From the human T2T-CHM13v2.0 reference genome, Homo sapiens, in the NCBI RefSeq assembly GCF_009914755.1, contig NC_060941.1: DNA of 64,000 nucleotides, one strand, 5' to 3'. The notes beneath the pieces are model-generated. The model had not been told where the DNA came from. It searched no databases and saw only the letters and a list, made by a program, of their open reading frames with translations. Below are positions 29,283-42,181 of the stretch, in pieces (position 1 is the stretch's first letter; each line of letters starts with the position of its first letter). Position numbers and translations under genes: made by a program.

Positions 29283-30351
29283 TGTTGTTGTTGTTGTTTG
29301 CTTTTGTTTTTAAATAAAGCAACATATATGGATGTGCTAAGATGGAACTCCTCTGTCCAAGATGTGGTGAAATCAGGCTATGGAACAGACTAATATATCT
29401 ACACTTACATGCTTAGGGAGACAGAAAGCACCTCTGGAAAAATACAGAAAACAACCTGGTTACAAGTGGTCACCTCTGAGGAAATAAAATAAGTAACCAG
29501 AAGACAGAGGTGAGAGAAAGACTTTTCACCACAGATCCCTTTGTACCTTTTGAGTGATGGGCTGTGGGCAATTTTCTCTTTCAAATCAGAGCCAGGCTCT
29601 TCACCCAGACTCCATAAAGATGCCCAACGGTGAGAACGAAGTCGGAAGAAAAGAGGGGTTGCTGAGAGCTGGTGAGTTACTAAGGAAAAGGGAACCCTGG
29701 GATCTGCCCTCACCATCTGGGCGAGGCTCCAAGGGAAGTGGGGATCTGTGAAATCCCCAGATGGATTTGGGAATCTAAGAGCAGGGGCCCTCTAGACCCC
29801 TTTCCTGAGTGCTGTTCAGGGTGGTGGCAAGCTCCAGAGAAGTGCCAGCAGAGGGGTAACCAGGCAGAGAGGACCTGGGTAGCCTCAGGTTTCTCATGGC
29901 TCAGAGTGGGGCTGGAATCGTGGAGTGATTCTGGGAGCCTCAGAGCCACATTGAAATAGAGAAACAGGAGGCAGGCCCATCGAATTGCCACTATCAGCAG
30001 CAAAAAAACCCAGCTCTTGCCCCTGTTCTTCCCCCATGAAGCAGAACGGCCTTGAAAGCTTCTTGTAGCATTGCATTGCACAGAGCATGGGCAGAACAAA
30101 CTCAGCCACCCCAGCATGGGCACAGAAGTAGCCATGAGACCTGAAGGGGCTTGGTCAAACCCGGCCCACAGTCTGTTTTTGTAAATAAAGCTTTATTGGA
30201 ACTCAGACATTTAAAGAAAAAAAAAAGAAAGAAAAGAAAAAGAAAATTCAAGAAATAAGATTCCTTTCCCTTGGGTGTTGTGGGATACATGTAAAGCCCA
30301 GGCACACTGAATCCACAGGCTTCCCAGGAGTTCGAGTTTTATTCAGCAAAG

Positions 30352-30522
30352 CAGCTGTTCTCAAAGTGGGGTCCCCAAGGCCAGCAGCATCAGCAACACC
30401 CAGGAACTTGTTAGCAAGGCAAGTTATCAGGCCCCATTCCAGGCCTCTGGTGGGCCCAGCAACCCGTGTTTCCGCAAGACCTCCAGGGGATTCTCATGCA
30501 CTCTCAAATGTGAGAATCACCG
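30352..30522 (+). mobile_element. MER5A (hAT-Charlie)
   Basis: TTCTCAAAGTGGGGTCCC..CCAGCAGCATCAGCA..GAACTTGTTAG; TGAGAATCAC end. Confidence 0.85.
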
Positions 30523-31156
30523 CAGTGAAGCAACGCCTTTTACAGGGGCTGAGAAAGGTGAAGTCTCACCGCATCTGGTTACCATTCCTGTGTGCCACAA
30601 AGTATTTTATCAGGCTCTGAGTCATCTGACATTTCCTTCTGGAAGCAGAATGTTAAATGAATAAGGAGGAAGGCCATTTGTTTATCTGAAACATAACAAT
30701 ATCCCAAATCTATTTCATTTACTTCTAAAGCTAATGATTCTGCAATCCAATAACTCTAGAGAATTGCACACAGCGGCAATAACCCTCTTATGGAATCAAT
30801 TTTCTCTGGTTAGGAACAAAGAATTCTCCCCTCCAAAAATCCAACCTGCATTGATTAGTTCATCAGAGCACACTAGGAGGCCCAGCCGGGCTAGAGGCAG
30901 GGCAAACACAGTAAGTTGTCTGGGGCCACACCTCCCTAGGAATGTGCACACTCCGCGTGGCTGACGCCACTCCACAAGGCACCAGGTACAAGGCAATGAT
31001 CTGCTCATGCTTAAGTGGCCTGGGAGGGACATACAGGGGGGAAAGGACAGAAAGAGCTAGCTGAGTGAGGGCCACGCAGACAGCGCCCACAGAAGGAGGA
31101 ACATGTCACAGAGTCGCTCTCTGAATTTTTGCCCACAACTTTGCTGACGGGACTAG

Positions 31157-32036
<880 letters not shown>

Positions 32037-32399
32037 CTCCCCAGTAAGACTCCAGGGTCCCCCAGAAGCCTGACGGCTGTGGAGCTAGCTTTGAAAGCCA
32101 GGACACCCTAGTCACAACACAACCACTAGGGGGAGATGTTGAGGTGATGCAAACCACGGCTGGGGAGCTGGACAAACTGGTGGTTGCCAAGCCTGGCCAT
32201 GCAGACAAAGCCCCGGTGAAGCTTTTTAGAAATACAGACGTCTAAGCTCCACCCAAAGCCTCCTAAATCAGAACATCAGAAAGTCGAGTGTGACGCGCCA
32301 CCTGCCAGGCACTGGCCCACAGACCCTCCAAGGACCCTTCCAACTGTGAGGTCCCATTACTGCCACACTGCTGCACCCTCCACCCCCAGCTAGCCCGAG

Positions 32400-32548
32400 G
32401 GGGCTCCATGGATCAGGAGCATCAGCCACCTTGACAGCTTGGGAGACACATACAGTCTTGGGCCCCAACCCAGACCTGCCAAATCATCATCTGCATTTTA
32501 ACAGGCTCCCGGGGTGAACCGTGCACACATTCAGGTGTGAGAAGCACT
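32400..32548 (+). mobile_element. MER5A1-like fragment
   Basis: CCCAGACCTGCCAAATCA..TCTGCATTTTAACA..TGAGAAGCACT. Confidence 0.7.
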
Positions 32549-32576
32549 TGTAGATTGGATATAAGACATAATCACA

Positions 32577-32677
32577 GGCCGGGCATGGTGGCTCATGCCT
32601 GTAATCCAAGCACTTTGGGAGGCTGAGGCAGGCAGATTACTTGAGGTCAGGAGTTCAAGACCAGCCTCGCCAACATG
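32577..32677 (+). mobile_element. Alu left-arm fragment, 3'-truncated with no tail
   Basis: GGCCGGGCATGG start, ends abruptly at CCAACATG. Confidence 0.9.
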
Positions 32678-32778
32678 AGGGATGAACTGGTTACTGTCTT
32701 CAACTACAATTACTAGTTTTTTATACCAGAAGGGAAAGAATAAAAGCACAAGGTATTGTCCAATAAACCACAAAGCTC

Positions 32779-33185
32779 TGACATAGTATGGATGTGTGTT
32801 CCCTCCAAATCTCATGTTGAAATGTGAGCCCCAGTGCTGGAGGAGGGCCTGGTAGGAGGGGTTTGGGTCACGGGAGCAGATCCCTCATGAATGGTTTGTT
32901 GCCCTCCCCACAGTAATGTGCGAGTTCTCACTCTGTTGGTTCAGGAGAGCACTGGTTGTTTGAAAGATCCTGCTAGTTCTTTTGCTCCTTCGCTTGTCAC
33001 GTCACACATCTGTTCCCCCTTCACCATCTGCCATGATTGGAAGCTTCTTGAGGCCCTCCCCAGAAGCAGATGCTGGCACTATGCTTCTTATACAGTCTGC
33101 AGAACTGAGAGCCAAATAAACCTATTGTCTGTAAATTACCCAGCCTCAGGTATTCCTTTATGGCAACACTTAATGGACTAAGACA
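32779..33185 (+). mobile_element. MSTB-like solo LTR
   Basis: CCTCCAAATCTCATGTTGAAATGTG, CAGAAGCAGATGCTGG, GGACTAAGACA. Confidence 0.9.
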
Positions 33186-33821
33186 CTCCACAAGGACCTG
33201 AAGTTTGTCTCTTATTAGGTAATCACCAAATGTACTTGTGTAAAGTGTATCCAGTTTGAGTGAATGGGGCACTTAGCATACAGTTCCTGGATTTGTGACA
33301 GAAATAAGATGGAATGAACAATTAATCCCACAATCTACTAAAGAAATCAGTAAGAGGTACCCTGACACTCCCATGGCAAATTCAGAAATGTTAAAATATG
33401 CTCCCCATTCCCCAAAAAGGGGACTGAATGGGCTATTAGGGGAACAGATGGCTTGCACTAGAATTCTTTAGCAATCTCTGGAAAATAAGAAATGTTTTTT
33501 TCCTTGCCTAAAGACAAAGTCCTGAATCAGAATACCCCTTCCTCTTCCACATCAAGTCTTTCTCCACTCCAAAACTTCATGACACTTACAGAGAAAGGTG
33601 AAGCCCCAACGGTTGTTTTGGGAACAATCTCCCTCATCCACTCACCCATCCAAAAATGACACCACTTAAAAAAACAAACAGCCGGTGGGGGCTACTTCTT
33701 CCCATGTTCTCGTCCTGAATCGTAAAAGAGCAAAGCCTACTTTCCATTATTACTCTTGGCATGAATGGTTTAAAAAGAGCATCTATAAACCAGAAAAGAG
33801 AGCCACGTAAAAGTCAGCTCT

Positions 33822-34400
33822 CTTTTTTTTTATTTTTGTGAGTACATAGGTGTGTATATTTATGGGGTCCATGAGATGTTTTGACACAGCCATGCAGTGT
33901 GAAATAAGCACATCATGGAGAATGCGACATCCATCCCCTCAAGCTTTTACCCTTTGAATTACAAACAATCCAATTACACTCTTTATTTTAAAGTGTACAA
34001 TTAGGCTGGGCACAGTGGCTCACGCCTGTAATCCCAACACTTTGGGGGGCCAAGGCGGGAAGATCACCTGAGGCCAGGAGTTCAAAACCAGTCCGGCCAA
34101 CATGGTGAAATCCCGTCTCTGCTAAAAACACACACACACACAAATTGGCCGGGTGCGGTGGTACATGCCTGCAATCCCAGCTACTTTGGAGGCTGAGGCA
34201 TGAGAATTGCTTGAACCTGAGAGGCAGAGGCTGCAGTCAGACAAGATCACACCACTGCACTCCAGTCTAGGTGACAGAGCGAGAACTTGTCTCAAACAAA
34301 ACAAAACAAAACAAAACAAATGTACAATTAAGTTATTACTGACTCTAGTCACCCTATTGTGCTATCAAATAGTAGGTCTTACTCATTCTTATTCCACTTT
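33822..34400 (-). mobile_element. L1MA1/2-like 3' UTR fragment split by Alu
   Basis: TCCATCCCCTCAAGC, ACAAACAATCCAATTACACTCTTT, GTCACCCTATTGTGCTATCAAATAGTAGGTCTT. Confidence 0.85.
34004..34318 (+). mobile_element. AluS with (CA)n in linker and (AAAAC)n tail
   Basis: TSD TGTACAATTA. Confidence 0.95.
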
Positions 34401-34407
34401 TTTTTTT

Positions 34408-34518
34408 ACTTTTTCATGTTGCAAATCTGAAACTCGGTACCTTTTAAACAACAACTCCCCTTTTCTCAGTGCCCCTAGCCCTTGGCAACCGCAGTTCTAC
34501 TTTCTGTTTCTATGAATT
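34408..34518 (-). mobile_element. L1MB 3' UTR piece (inverted part)
   Basis: Reverse complement AATTCATAGAAACAGAAAGTAGAA...GAGTTTCAGATTTGCAACATGAAAAAGT. Confidence 0.8.
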
Positions 34519-34524
34519 GTGTTA

Positions 34525-34736
34525 CTTACTTATTTATTTATTTATTTATTTTTATTTTTGAGATGGAGTCTCACTCTGTTGCCCAGTCTGGAGTGCAGCG
34601 GCATGATCTCGGATCACTGCAACCTCCGCCTCCCAGGTTCAAGTGATCCTCCCACCTCAGCCTACTGAGTAGCTGGGATTACAGGCGTGAGCCACCACGC
34701 CCAGCTAATTTTTGTATTTTTAGTAGAGACAGGTTT
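34525..34736 (-). mobile_element. Alu right arm plus linker (5'-truncated)
   Basis: (TTTA)n tail, right arm, stops at GAGACAGGTTT. Confidence 0.92.
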
Positions 34737-34761
34737 GCTCTTTTTAAGATTACAATATGCA

Positions 34762-34892
34762 GGCAGAGCATGGTGGCTCACGCCTGTCATCCGAGCACTT
34801 TGGGAAGCCGAGGAGGGCACATCACTTGAGGTCAGGAGTTCGAGACCAGCCTGGCCACCACGATAAGACCTCATCTTCATCTCTACTAAAAA
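34762..34892 (+). mobile_element. Alu left arm ending in the linker
   Basis: TGGTGGCTCACGCCTGT...TCTCTACTAAAAA. Confidence 0.9.
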
Positions 34893-35050
34893 GATGAGGA
34901 AGTTCTAGAAATCTGCTTCACAACAATGTGAACGTATTTATTAACACTACTGAACTGTGCACGTAAAAATGGTTATGCTGGTCAGTTTTCTACTACGTGT
35001 CTTTCACCACAATAAAAAGAAAGATAAAAATAAAACAACAACAACAAAGA
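34891..35050 (+). mobile_element. L1MB 3' terminus with A-rich tail
   Basis: AAGATGAGGAAGTTCTAGAAATCTG..CACTACTGAACTGTGCAC..CACCACAATAAAAA. Confidence 0.82.
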
Positions 35051-35299
35051 AAACAATTGTCCATCCTTACTCAATGCCAGAGGCTGCAGTCCCACAGCAC
35101 AGCCAGATCTTGGCTGTATTTCACAGAGTTCTCCTGACTCTAGAATCATCCTTCCTTTAATTGTTTGATCCTTTTATTTGCAATGAAATGATTTTACCAA
35201 GATAACAGTACAAGTTTCTCTTACATTTCTTGGAGCTACTATCATCCCTTATAACATAACAGCGAGGGTATAAATATTCCATTACGTCAAATCATTTTG

Positions 35300-36000
35300 T
35301 TTATACTATCCCAGGATATGTCTTAAAGACATAGATTACCTTTAAATGATCTAGTCTTGTATCTGTTTTTGCCTTCTAATAGAATTTTTAAAGGGCATCT
35401 ACCGTTCCAAGAAATTATCATTGTATTTGGGAAGTATGTTCATTTATAATGACAATTCTGTCATGCACCCTCACCTTCCATAGTTTATCAAGCTGGCTTT
35501 GAGTGAAGACTGTTTTTCTTATTCCACTGTTTCAAGATGTGGATTTTTGCATTTGTTAAGAGAAGGTGATAAACTCTCATCTTGAAAATGAAACAGATCA
35601 TTACGTAAAGTCTCCACCAGTATTTGAGCCCTGGTATACCACTCTTCCAGTGATGGGCTTCACATACAGAAATTACGAAACTTATTTAGGGACATAACTG
35701 TCACCTAGGATAAAATGACTGCTCTCGTTAGAGGCTCTTCAGTAAATTTCTTTTGTCTTCATTATTTCAGTAATTTATTCTTTCGATGAGACGTCATCCT
35801 AAACTACACAGCCTAAAAATGGATAATGCTGCACGTAGTATCAGACTATTTGCAGATGATGCTGTAAGTGACTTACCCATCTTAGTACATGAAAGGCATA
35901 ACATCAAAAATATTCCATCTCAAAAGCAAGCATTAGGCTGCAAAATTAATTAAACAAAAATTGGTGACATGCACTACCCTTAGGTCCTGCTTGGTCTTAC
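35300..36000 (+). mobile_element. Ancient non-LTR retrotransposon RT fossil, RTE-like (L4/L5/MamRTE1 type)
   Basis: Ordered motifs IFKG (35384), RNYHCI (35410), QAGF (35489), LRNLFRD (35673), LFADD (35846), KIN*TK exactly 27 codons after DD (35942). Confidence 0.72.
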
Positions 36001-36251
36001 AGTTAGAATGCTGACATTCAAACCGATGCAGAGCCTTGATGGCTGCTACAAATAAATTATTCCAACCAGTTACAAACCCTAAGACTGCCGGGTTCAGACA
36101 GCTTGATCCTAGTCACTACAAAATGACCAAGAAAGAAGAAAATAAATGAATAAATACAAAATGACCAAGAAGGAAAAAACCCCCAGGAAGGGTTCAAGTA
36201 TAATAGTGTGATATATTAAAGAAACACATTTCCTTTTCCTATCAGGATTTT

Positions 36252-36560
36252 TTTTCTCTCTCTTTTTCAAGATGGAGTCTCCCTCTGTTGCCCAGGCTGG
36301 AGTGTAGTGGCGTGATCTCGACTCACTGAAACCTTGGCTTCCCAGGTTCAAGCGATTCTCCTGCCTCAGCCCTCAGCCTCGCGAGGAGCTGGAGCTACAG
36401 GTGCACGCCACCAGGTCCAGCTAATTTTTTTTGTATTTTTAGTAGAGACAGGGTTTCACCATGTTGGCCAGGCTGGTCTCAAACTCCTGACCTCAAGTGA
36501 TTCACCTACCTCGGCCTCCCAAAGTGCTGGGATTACAGGCGTGAAGAACCGTGCCTGTCC
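36252..36560 (-). mobile_element. AluSx/Sz-like
   Basis: TSD TATCAGGATTTT; internal CTCAGCC duplication. Confidence 0.95.
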
Positions 36561-37133
36561 CATATCAGGATTTTCTAATAATTCTCCCCGACCAACACAC
36601 ACACATCTACACTAAAATCTTACAGTGTATATATATATAACCTAGAGACTAAAGTTTAGGCTGCTTAAGTTAATGACTGTCAAGACCAGGGACCATTACT
36701 GTTATACAAAGTACGGAAGAAATATTTTGGTGACTATTACATGAGACAAAGTCTGCTGATCTACTGTCAAATACAATTCGTTTTTCCTTTACTTTGAGGT
36801 CATTTAGTCAATAGTTTTTAAGACTCCTTCTTAAGGCAATCTTTCAGAAATGTAGAAGAGTACAGAGAATAACAAGATGTAAGTCCACGTACCAACGATC
36901 TAGATTTAATAAAGGTTAACCTGTTACCATATTTGATTCAGATTTTTTAAGTAAACTATTACAGAAAGAATTGCAGCTCTTCTCTCTCCGCACCAATTAG
37001 AGGTACTCAATATCTGAAAAATTCCATGGGTATGCTTTATAACGCTATTTTTACACTTTTAATACCATGCTAATATATTTTTATATGTCTACAAAAAATT
37101 CACACTATTATTTTATACAATTTCAAACTTTAG

Positions 37134-37507
<374 letters not shown>

Positions 37508-37902
37508 TAAATGGCTACTTAGCCATGCTATCTTAATGAATTTACCACAATTTAATTATTCATTCTTCTACTGACTGATAATGTATTCATTTCCAATTTT
37601 TCACCATTACAAGAAATGCTGCAATGAACATTCTCATGCAGGGTTCCCTGTGTACATTCGCAAGAATGCCTGAAGAACATGTATCTAAAACTGAAACTGC
37701 TTTGTCATGGGATATGTTATATCTTCAGTTTTACCAGATATTAACAAATTACTCACCAAGATGGTTGTATCAATTTGCACTCCCATCAACAGTGCATGAG
37801 AGTTCCTATTTATCAAAAATCTCTTTTGTCAATACTGAATATTGTCAAACCTTTTCTCATTTTTTTTGGTCAAATACAAAAGGTGAGAATTTAAATCGCA
37901 GA

Positions 37903-38217
<315 letters not shown>

Positions 38218-38519
38218 AATTTAAATTGCATTCCCTTTATTACCAGTGAAACTGGGCATCTTTTCATGTGTTTATTGGTTCTTTAGGGCTCCTTCCTCAT
38301 AAATTCCTAATCAAATAGTTTGTTCAATTTTTTTACTGTGCACGGTTTGCCCCTTTTCATTGATTTGTGGAAGACCTTTATATATTCTGGACACCAATAT
38401 TTCATCAGTTGTGTGTATTGCAAATATCTTCTCACAAGCCTTGGCTTGAATTTAACTCTATAACGTCTTTTGTCACAGAGAAGTTTGTTTTTCTTAATGT
38501 TATAAATTGCTTTATCACT

Positions 38520-39305
38520 AGTTGGCTACTCATTAAAATCACCTGGAGAGCTTTTAAAAAATACTAATGCTAAAAAATAAGTTATAGCGTTAGAAAGCAG
38601 ATCAGTGGTTACCTGGGTTCAGATTGGCACATGGGGGATGTATTAGTCTGTTCTCATGCTGCTAATAAAGACACACCCGAGACTGGGTAATTTATAAAGA
38701 AAAAAGAGGTTTAATGGACTCACAGTTCCACATGGCTGGGGAGGCCTCACAATCATGGCAGAAAGCGAAAGGCACATCTTACATGCTGGCAGACAAGAGA
38801 GAGCTTGCACAGGGAAACTCCCCCTTATAAAACCATCAGATCTTGTGAGACTTATTCACTATCATGAGAACAGCACAGGAAACACCCGCCCCCATGATTC
38901 AATTACCTCCCACTAGGTCCCTCCCAGGACATGTGGGAATTGTGGGAGCCACAATTCAAGATGAGATTTGGGTGGGGGACACAGCCAAACCATATCGGGG
39001 GTGCTGACTCAGAAGGGGCAGCAGGCACCAGGGAATTTCCTACAAGGGTAGGAAAAAATCTTAAATTTGATTATTGTAAAGATTACACAGGTGTACACAT
39101 TTGTCAAAACACACTAAACTAGAAAGTTAAAATGGGAGCGTTTTATGTAAATTATACCTCAATACAGTTGATTTGAAAAAACAGATGCCTGGGCTCTACC
39201 ACGTACAATTTTAGTTAGAATCTGTAGGAGTTGAAACCCACAATCTGTATTTGTTTTAAGTGTCCACAGATGATTAAAATGTGCAGCCAGGGCTGAGAAC
39301 CACTG
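38520..39305. mobile_element. MER5-family element split by a + strand L1 3' fragment that carries THE1
   Basis: AATCACCTGGAGAGCTTTTAAAAAATAC (left half); GTGCAGCCAGGGCTGAGAACCACTG (right half). Confidence 0.7.
38639..38997 (-). mobile_element. THE1B/C-like solo LTR
   Basis: TGTATTAGTCTGTTCTCATGCTGCTAATAAAGAC ... ACAGCCAAACCATATC. Confidence 0.94.
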
Positions 39306-39622
39306 TCCTAAATATTGTTGAAGCATTGCTAACTTCGCCTGGGAGCATTTTTGCAAAGGGTATATGGTAGATTACAATTTTGGAGGCGATTCCACTGGAT
39401 CAACATTTATTGACTAATCAATCCTTTTCCCACTGAATTATAATGGCAACTCTGCCATGTTCCATACACCAAGTTTCTATATATTCATGAGACTTGCCAA
39501 TCTTCCCCGTTGATTCTGTACAGCTATGGCACAATGTCACACTGTTGTAATTACCAAAATGTTCTGCTGTTTGCAAGGTCAAAATCCTTTCTCTTCCTCC
39601 TCCCTCTCTTACTCTCCTTCCA

Positions 39623-39828
39623 AAATTTAAGATTTTTTCCTACCCTTGAAATTCCCTGGTGCCTACTGCCCCTTCCGAGTCAGCACCCCCAATATGGTTT
39701 GGCTGTGTCCCCCACCCAAATCTCATCTTGAATTGTAGCTCCCACAATTCCCACATGTCCTGGGAGGGACCTAGTGGGAGGTAATTGAATCATGGGGGCG
39801 GGTGTTTCCCGTGCTATTCTCATGATAG
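39623..39828 (+). repeat. Inverted copy of 38859-39068 (THE1 5' part plus flank)
   Basis: Manual alignment: 6 transitions and one 4-bp indel over 206-210 bp. Confidence 0.95.
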
Positions 39829-39979
39829 CACCTATTCTTGGTCCTGTATTTTTCCATATGAACTACATATTTAGCCTCACGAGTTTCACCCAAGTTTCAC
39901 CCGTTACAGTCATGAACTGCCACGCCTGGCCTGGTTTCTACTTTTCTTCATAAAAATCCTGCAGTATTTCATTTGCTTC

Positions 39980-40445
39980 ATATACAGTAGCCAAAACCCA
40001 CAAGCAATTCAATGTCCACCAACAATAGGATGAATAAATAAATATATTCATATGGTGGAGCATTGTATAACAGTCAAAAGGAATTAACAAGAGCTATAGA
40101 CAATGATGTGGATAAATTTTATTCCTATATTTAATGAAAGAAGCAAAATACACAACTAATATATATAGAATGTTTTCATTTATATACAATTGAAATACTA
40201 AATCATGTTGTTTAGGGATGTACATATAAGGGTTGAAACTATAAAAAAGAGGTAATTATAAAAGTCAGAATAGTGGTGACTTAGCAGCAAGTAGCAACAG
40301 GGATTGATCAAGAGGGGAATACATGGGGAGTTAGGGGGACTTTTGTTTCTTGGCATGGTGGCGGTTACAAAGATATTTGCTTTAGAATTATTCATTACGT
40401 TTGTTGTATAAAGTTTTTTACGTGTATCATATTTCATAATAAAGT
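39980..40445 (+). mobile_element. L1ME-like 3' end
   Basis: AATGTCCACCAACAATAGGATGAATAAATAAA, AAAGTCAGAATAGTGGTGAC, ATATTTCATAATAAA. Confidence 0.72.
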
Positions 40446-41239
40446 GAAAAAGCGCTTTTAATTAGAAATCTGAGCTCTGGTACTCCACAAACAGGATCCA
40501 GCCTACTTTAAGTAGAAGGTTCTCTCTAGATAGGAGCTGAGGATATGGCCTGACCCGCTTGATCTCTGTGCATCATTTAACTCTAAATCATCTCTTTAGA
40601 AAGAACAAACACTCCATGAGACTTTCAAATCAAATGCCCTATACGGACTGGGTTCTTGATGCTTTTAGCTTCTCCATGCTTTGAATATATTATATGTTGG
40701 AGGTGAAGGAGGGGGTTATTTGGGCTAATTGAACATATTACCCGACAAAGCATGGTGCTAGTTTCCACCTGGATACAGAGGTGAGTTAGGTAAGACCCTG
40801 CCCTAAAAAGCTTGCAGTAGCCAGTTAGGCAGCCAACAGCCATTCCCACTAGCATCTATGTCTCTTCTTCAACCTGGACAGAGAGTTAGATTATATATGA
40901 TACAGCCCTGCCTTCCTGTCTTGACCTCATCTCTCAACACTTTCAAGCTCTCCATGGCAGGTTGAATGACTGGCCCCAGTTCTTTAGCCCTCCCTGCAAC
41001 CATGCCCTTGTCATGGCCTTATCATGAGCACAGTGTGTTTCCCCACCCCTTGACCTTGGGCTTGGCCATGTGATTTGCCTTTCATCCAAATAGATGTGCA
41101 AGTGACTATGAATTGGCCAAGAGATTGTGAGCAGGTGTACTAAGCACTACATCAGGCCTGACCCATAAGAAATGAACTCATCATTTTCCCCAATGCCATA
41201 ACCAGCTCCAAGGAGAGGGATCAAATCCACCTAACTCCC

Positions 41240-41716
41240 TGTGATGGTTAATTTCACATGTCAACTTGACTGGACTAAGGGATGCCCAGATAGCTGACAA
41301 AATACTATTTCCAGGTGTGTCTGTGAGGGTGGTTCCAAAAGAGATTAGCATTTGAATCAGTAGACTGAGTAAGGCAGATGGCCCTCCCAGCATGGGTGAG
41401 TATCATCCAGTCCATGGAGGGCCTGAATAGAACAAAAAGGTGGAAGAACCATGAATTCACTCTCTCTCGGCTTGAGTTGAGACATCCATCTTTCCTGCCC
41501 TCAGAAAGTGGCACTCCTGGTTCCTGGGCTATCAAATTTAGACTGAATGTTTTACCATGAATTCCCCAAGATTTTCCAGCCTTCCGACTTGGATGAATTA
41601 CACCACTGGCTTTCCTGGTTCTCCAGCTCACAGACAACAGATCTCAGCCTCCATAACTGTGCAAACCAATTTCTTTAATAAATCCTCCCCCCGCCCAATG
41701 AATCCTGACTAATATA
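41240..41716 (+). mobile_element. MLT2B-like ERVL solo LTR
   Basis: TGTGATGGTTAATTT..TGTCAACTTGACTGG; near-exact TSD CTCCC/CTCCT. Confidence 0.9.
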
Positions 41717-41724
41717 CTCCTCAA

Positions 41725-42085
41725 GCCAAAAATAATCTCCCACATCCAATTGGTTACCAAGTCTAGCTGTTTCTTCTGAACATCTTTTTTTTAGATCTAC
41801 CCCTAATTGTCTTCCTTAAATGCCACCCTAATCCCCACCCTTCTGCCTTCCCGCCTAGCCTATTGTAGTAGCTGGAGTCTAGTCCAGCACCCTCCACACT
41901 GCCCTCCTTCACCCCAGAGCCACCTTTCTAAAATGCAAATCTGAAGATGTCACTCCCTTGCCCCAAATCCCTCAGTCCCACCACTGCCTACAGGATAAAA
42001 TCTAAATTCTTTGTATAACATGTCACGCCCCTCCTGATACAGCCCTGCCTGGTGTCTCGGCCCCGTCTCTTACCGCAGCTGCACC
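41725..42085 (+). mobile_element. L2 fragment
   Basis: CTTTCTAAAATGCAAATCTGA, CTACAGGATAAAATCTAAA. Confidence 0.72.
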
Positions 42086-42181
42086 CTCCGTGGCCGCTTG
42101 AACGTTTGGCCTCAGGTTTTACCTCTATGTGCGTCCACGTTCTTCCCATGGCCTTGTCATGGGAATAGTATGTTTTCCTAC

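Larger units (their letters stand above)
25935..29555 (+). mobile_element. Old L1ME-like LINE (ORF2 to 3' UTR), fragmented by later insertions
   Basis: A-rich degenerate ORF2 features: CAAGCTGATGCTAAAGTTCACATGG, GGATTATTCAACAAATGG, ATGAAATACCATTTTTTACCTAT. Confidence 0.75.
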
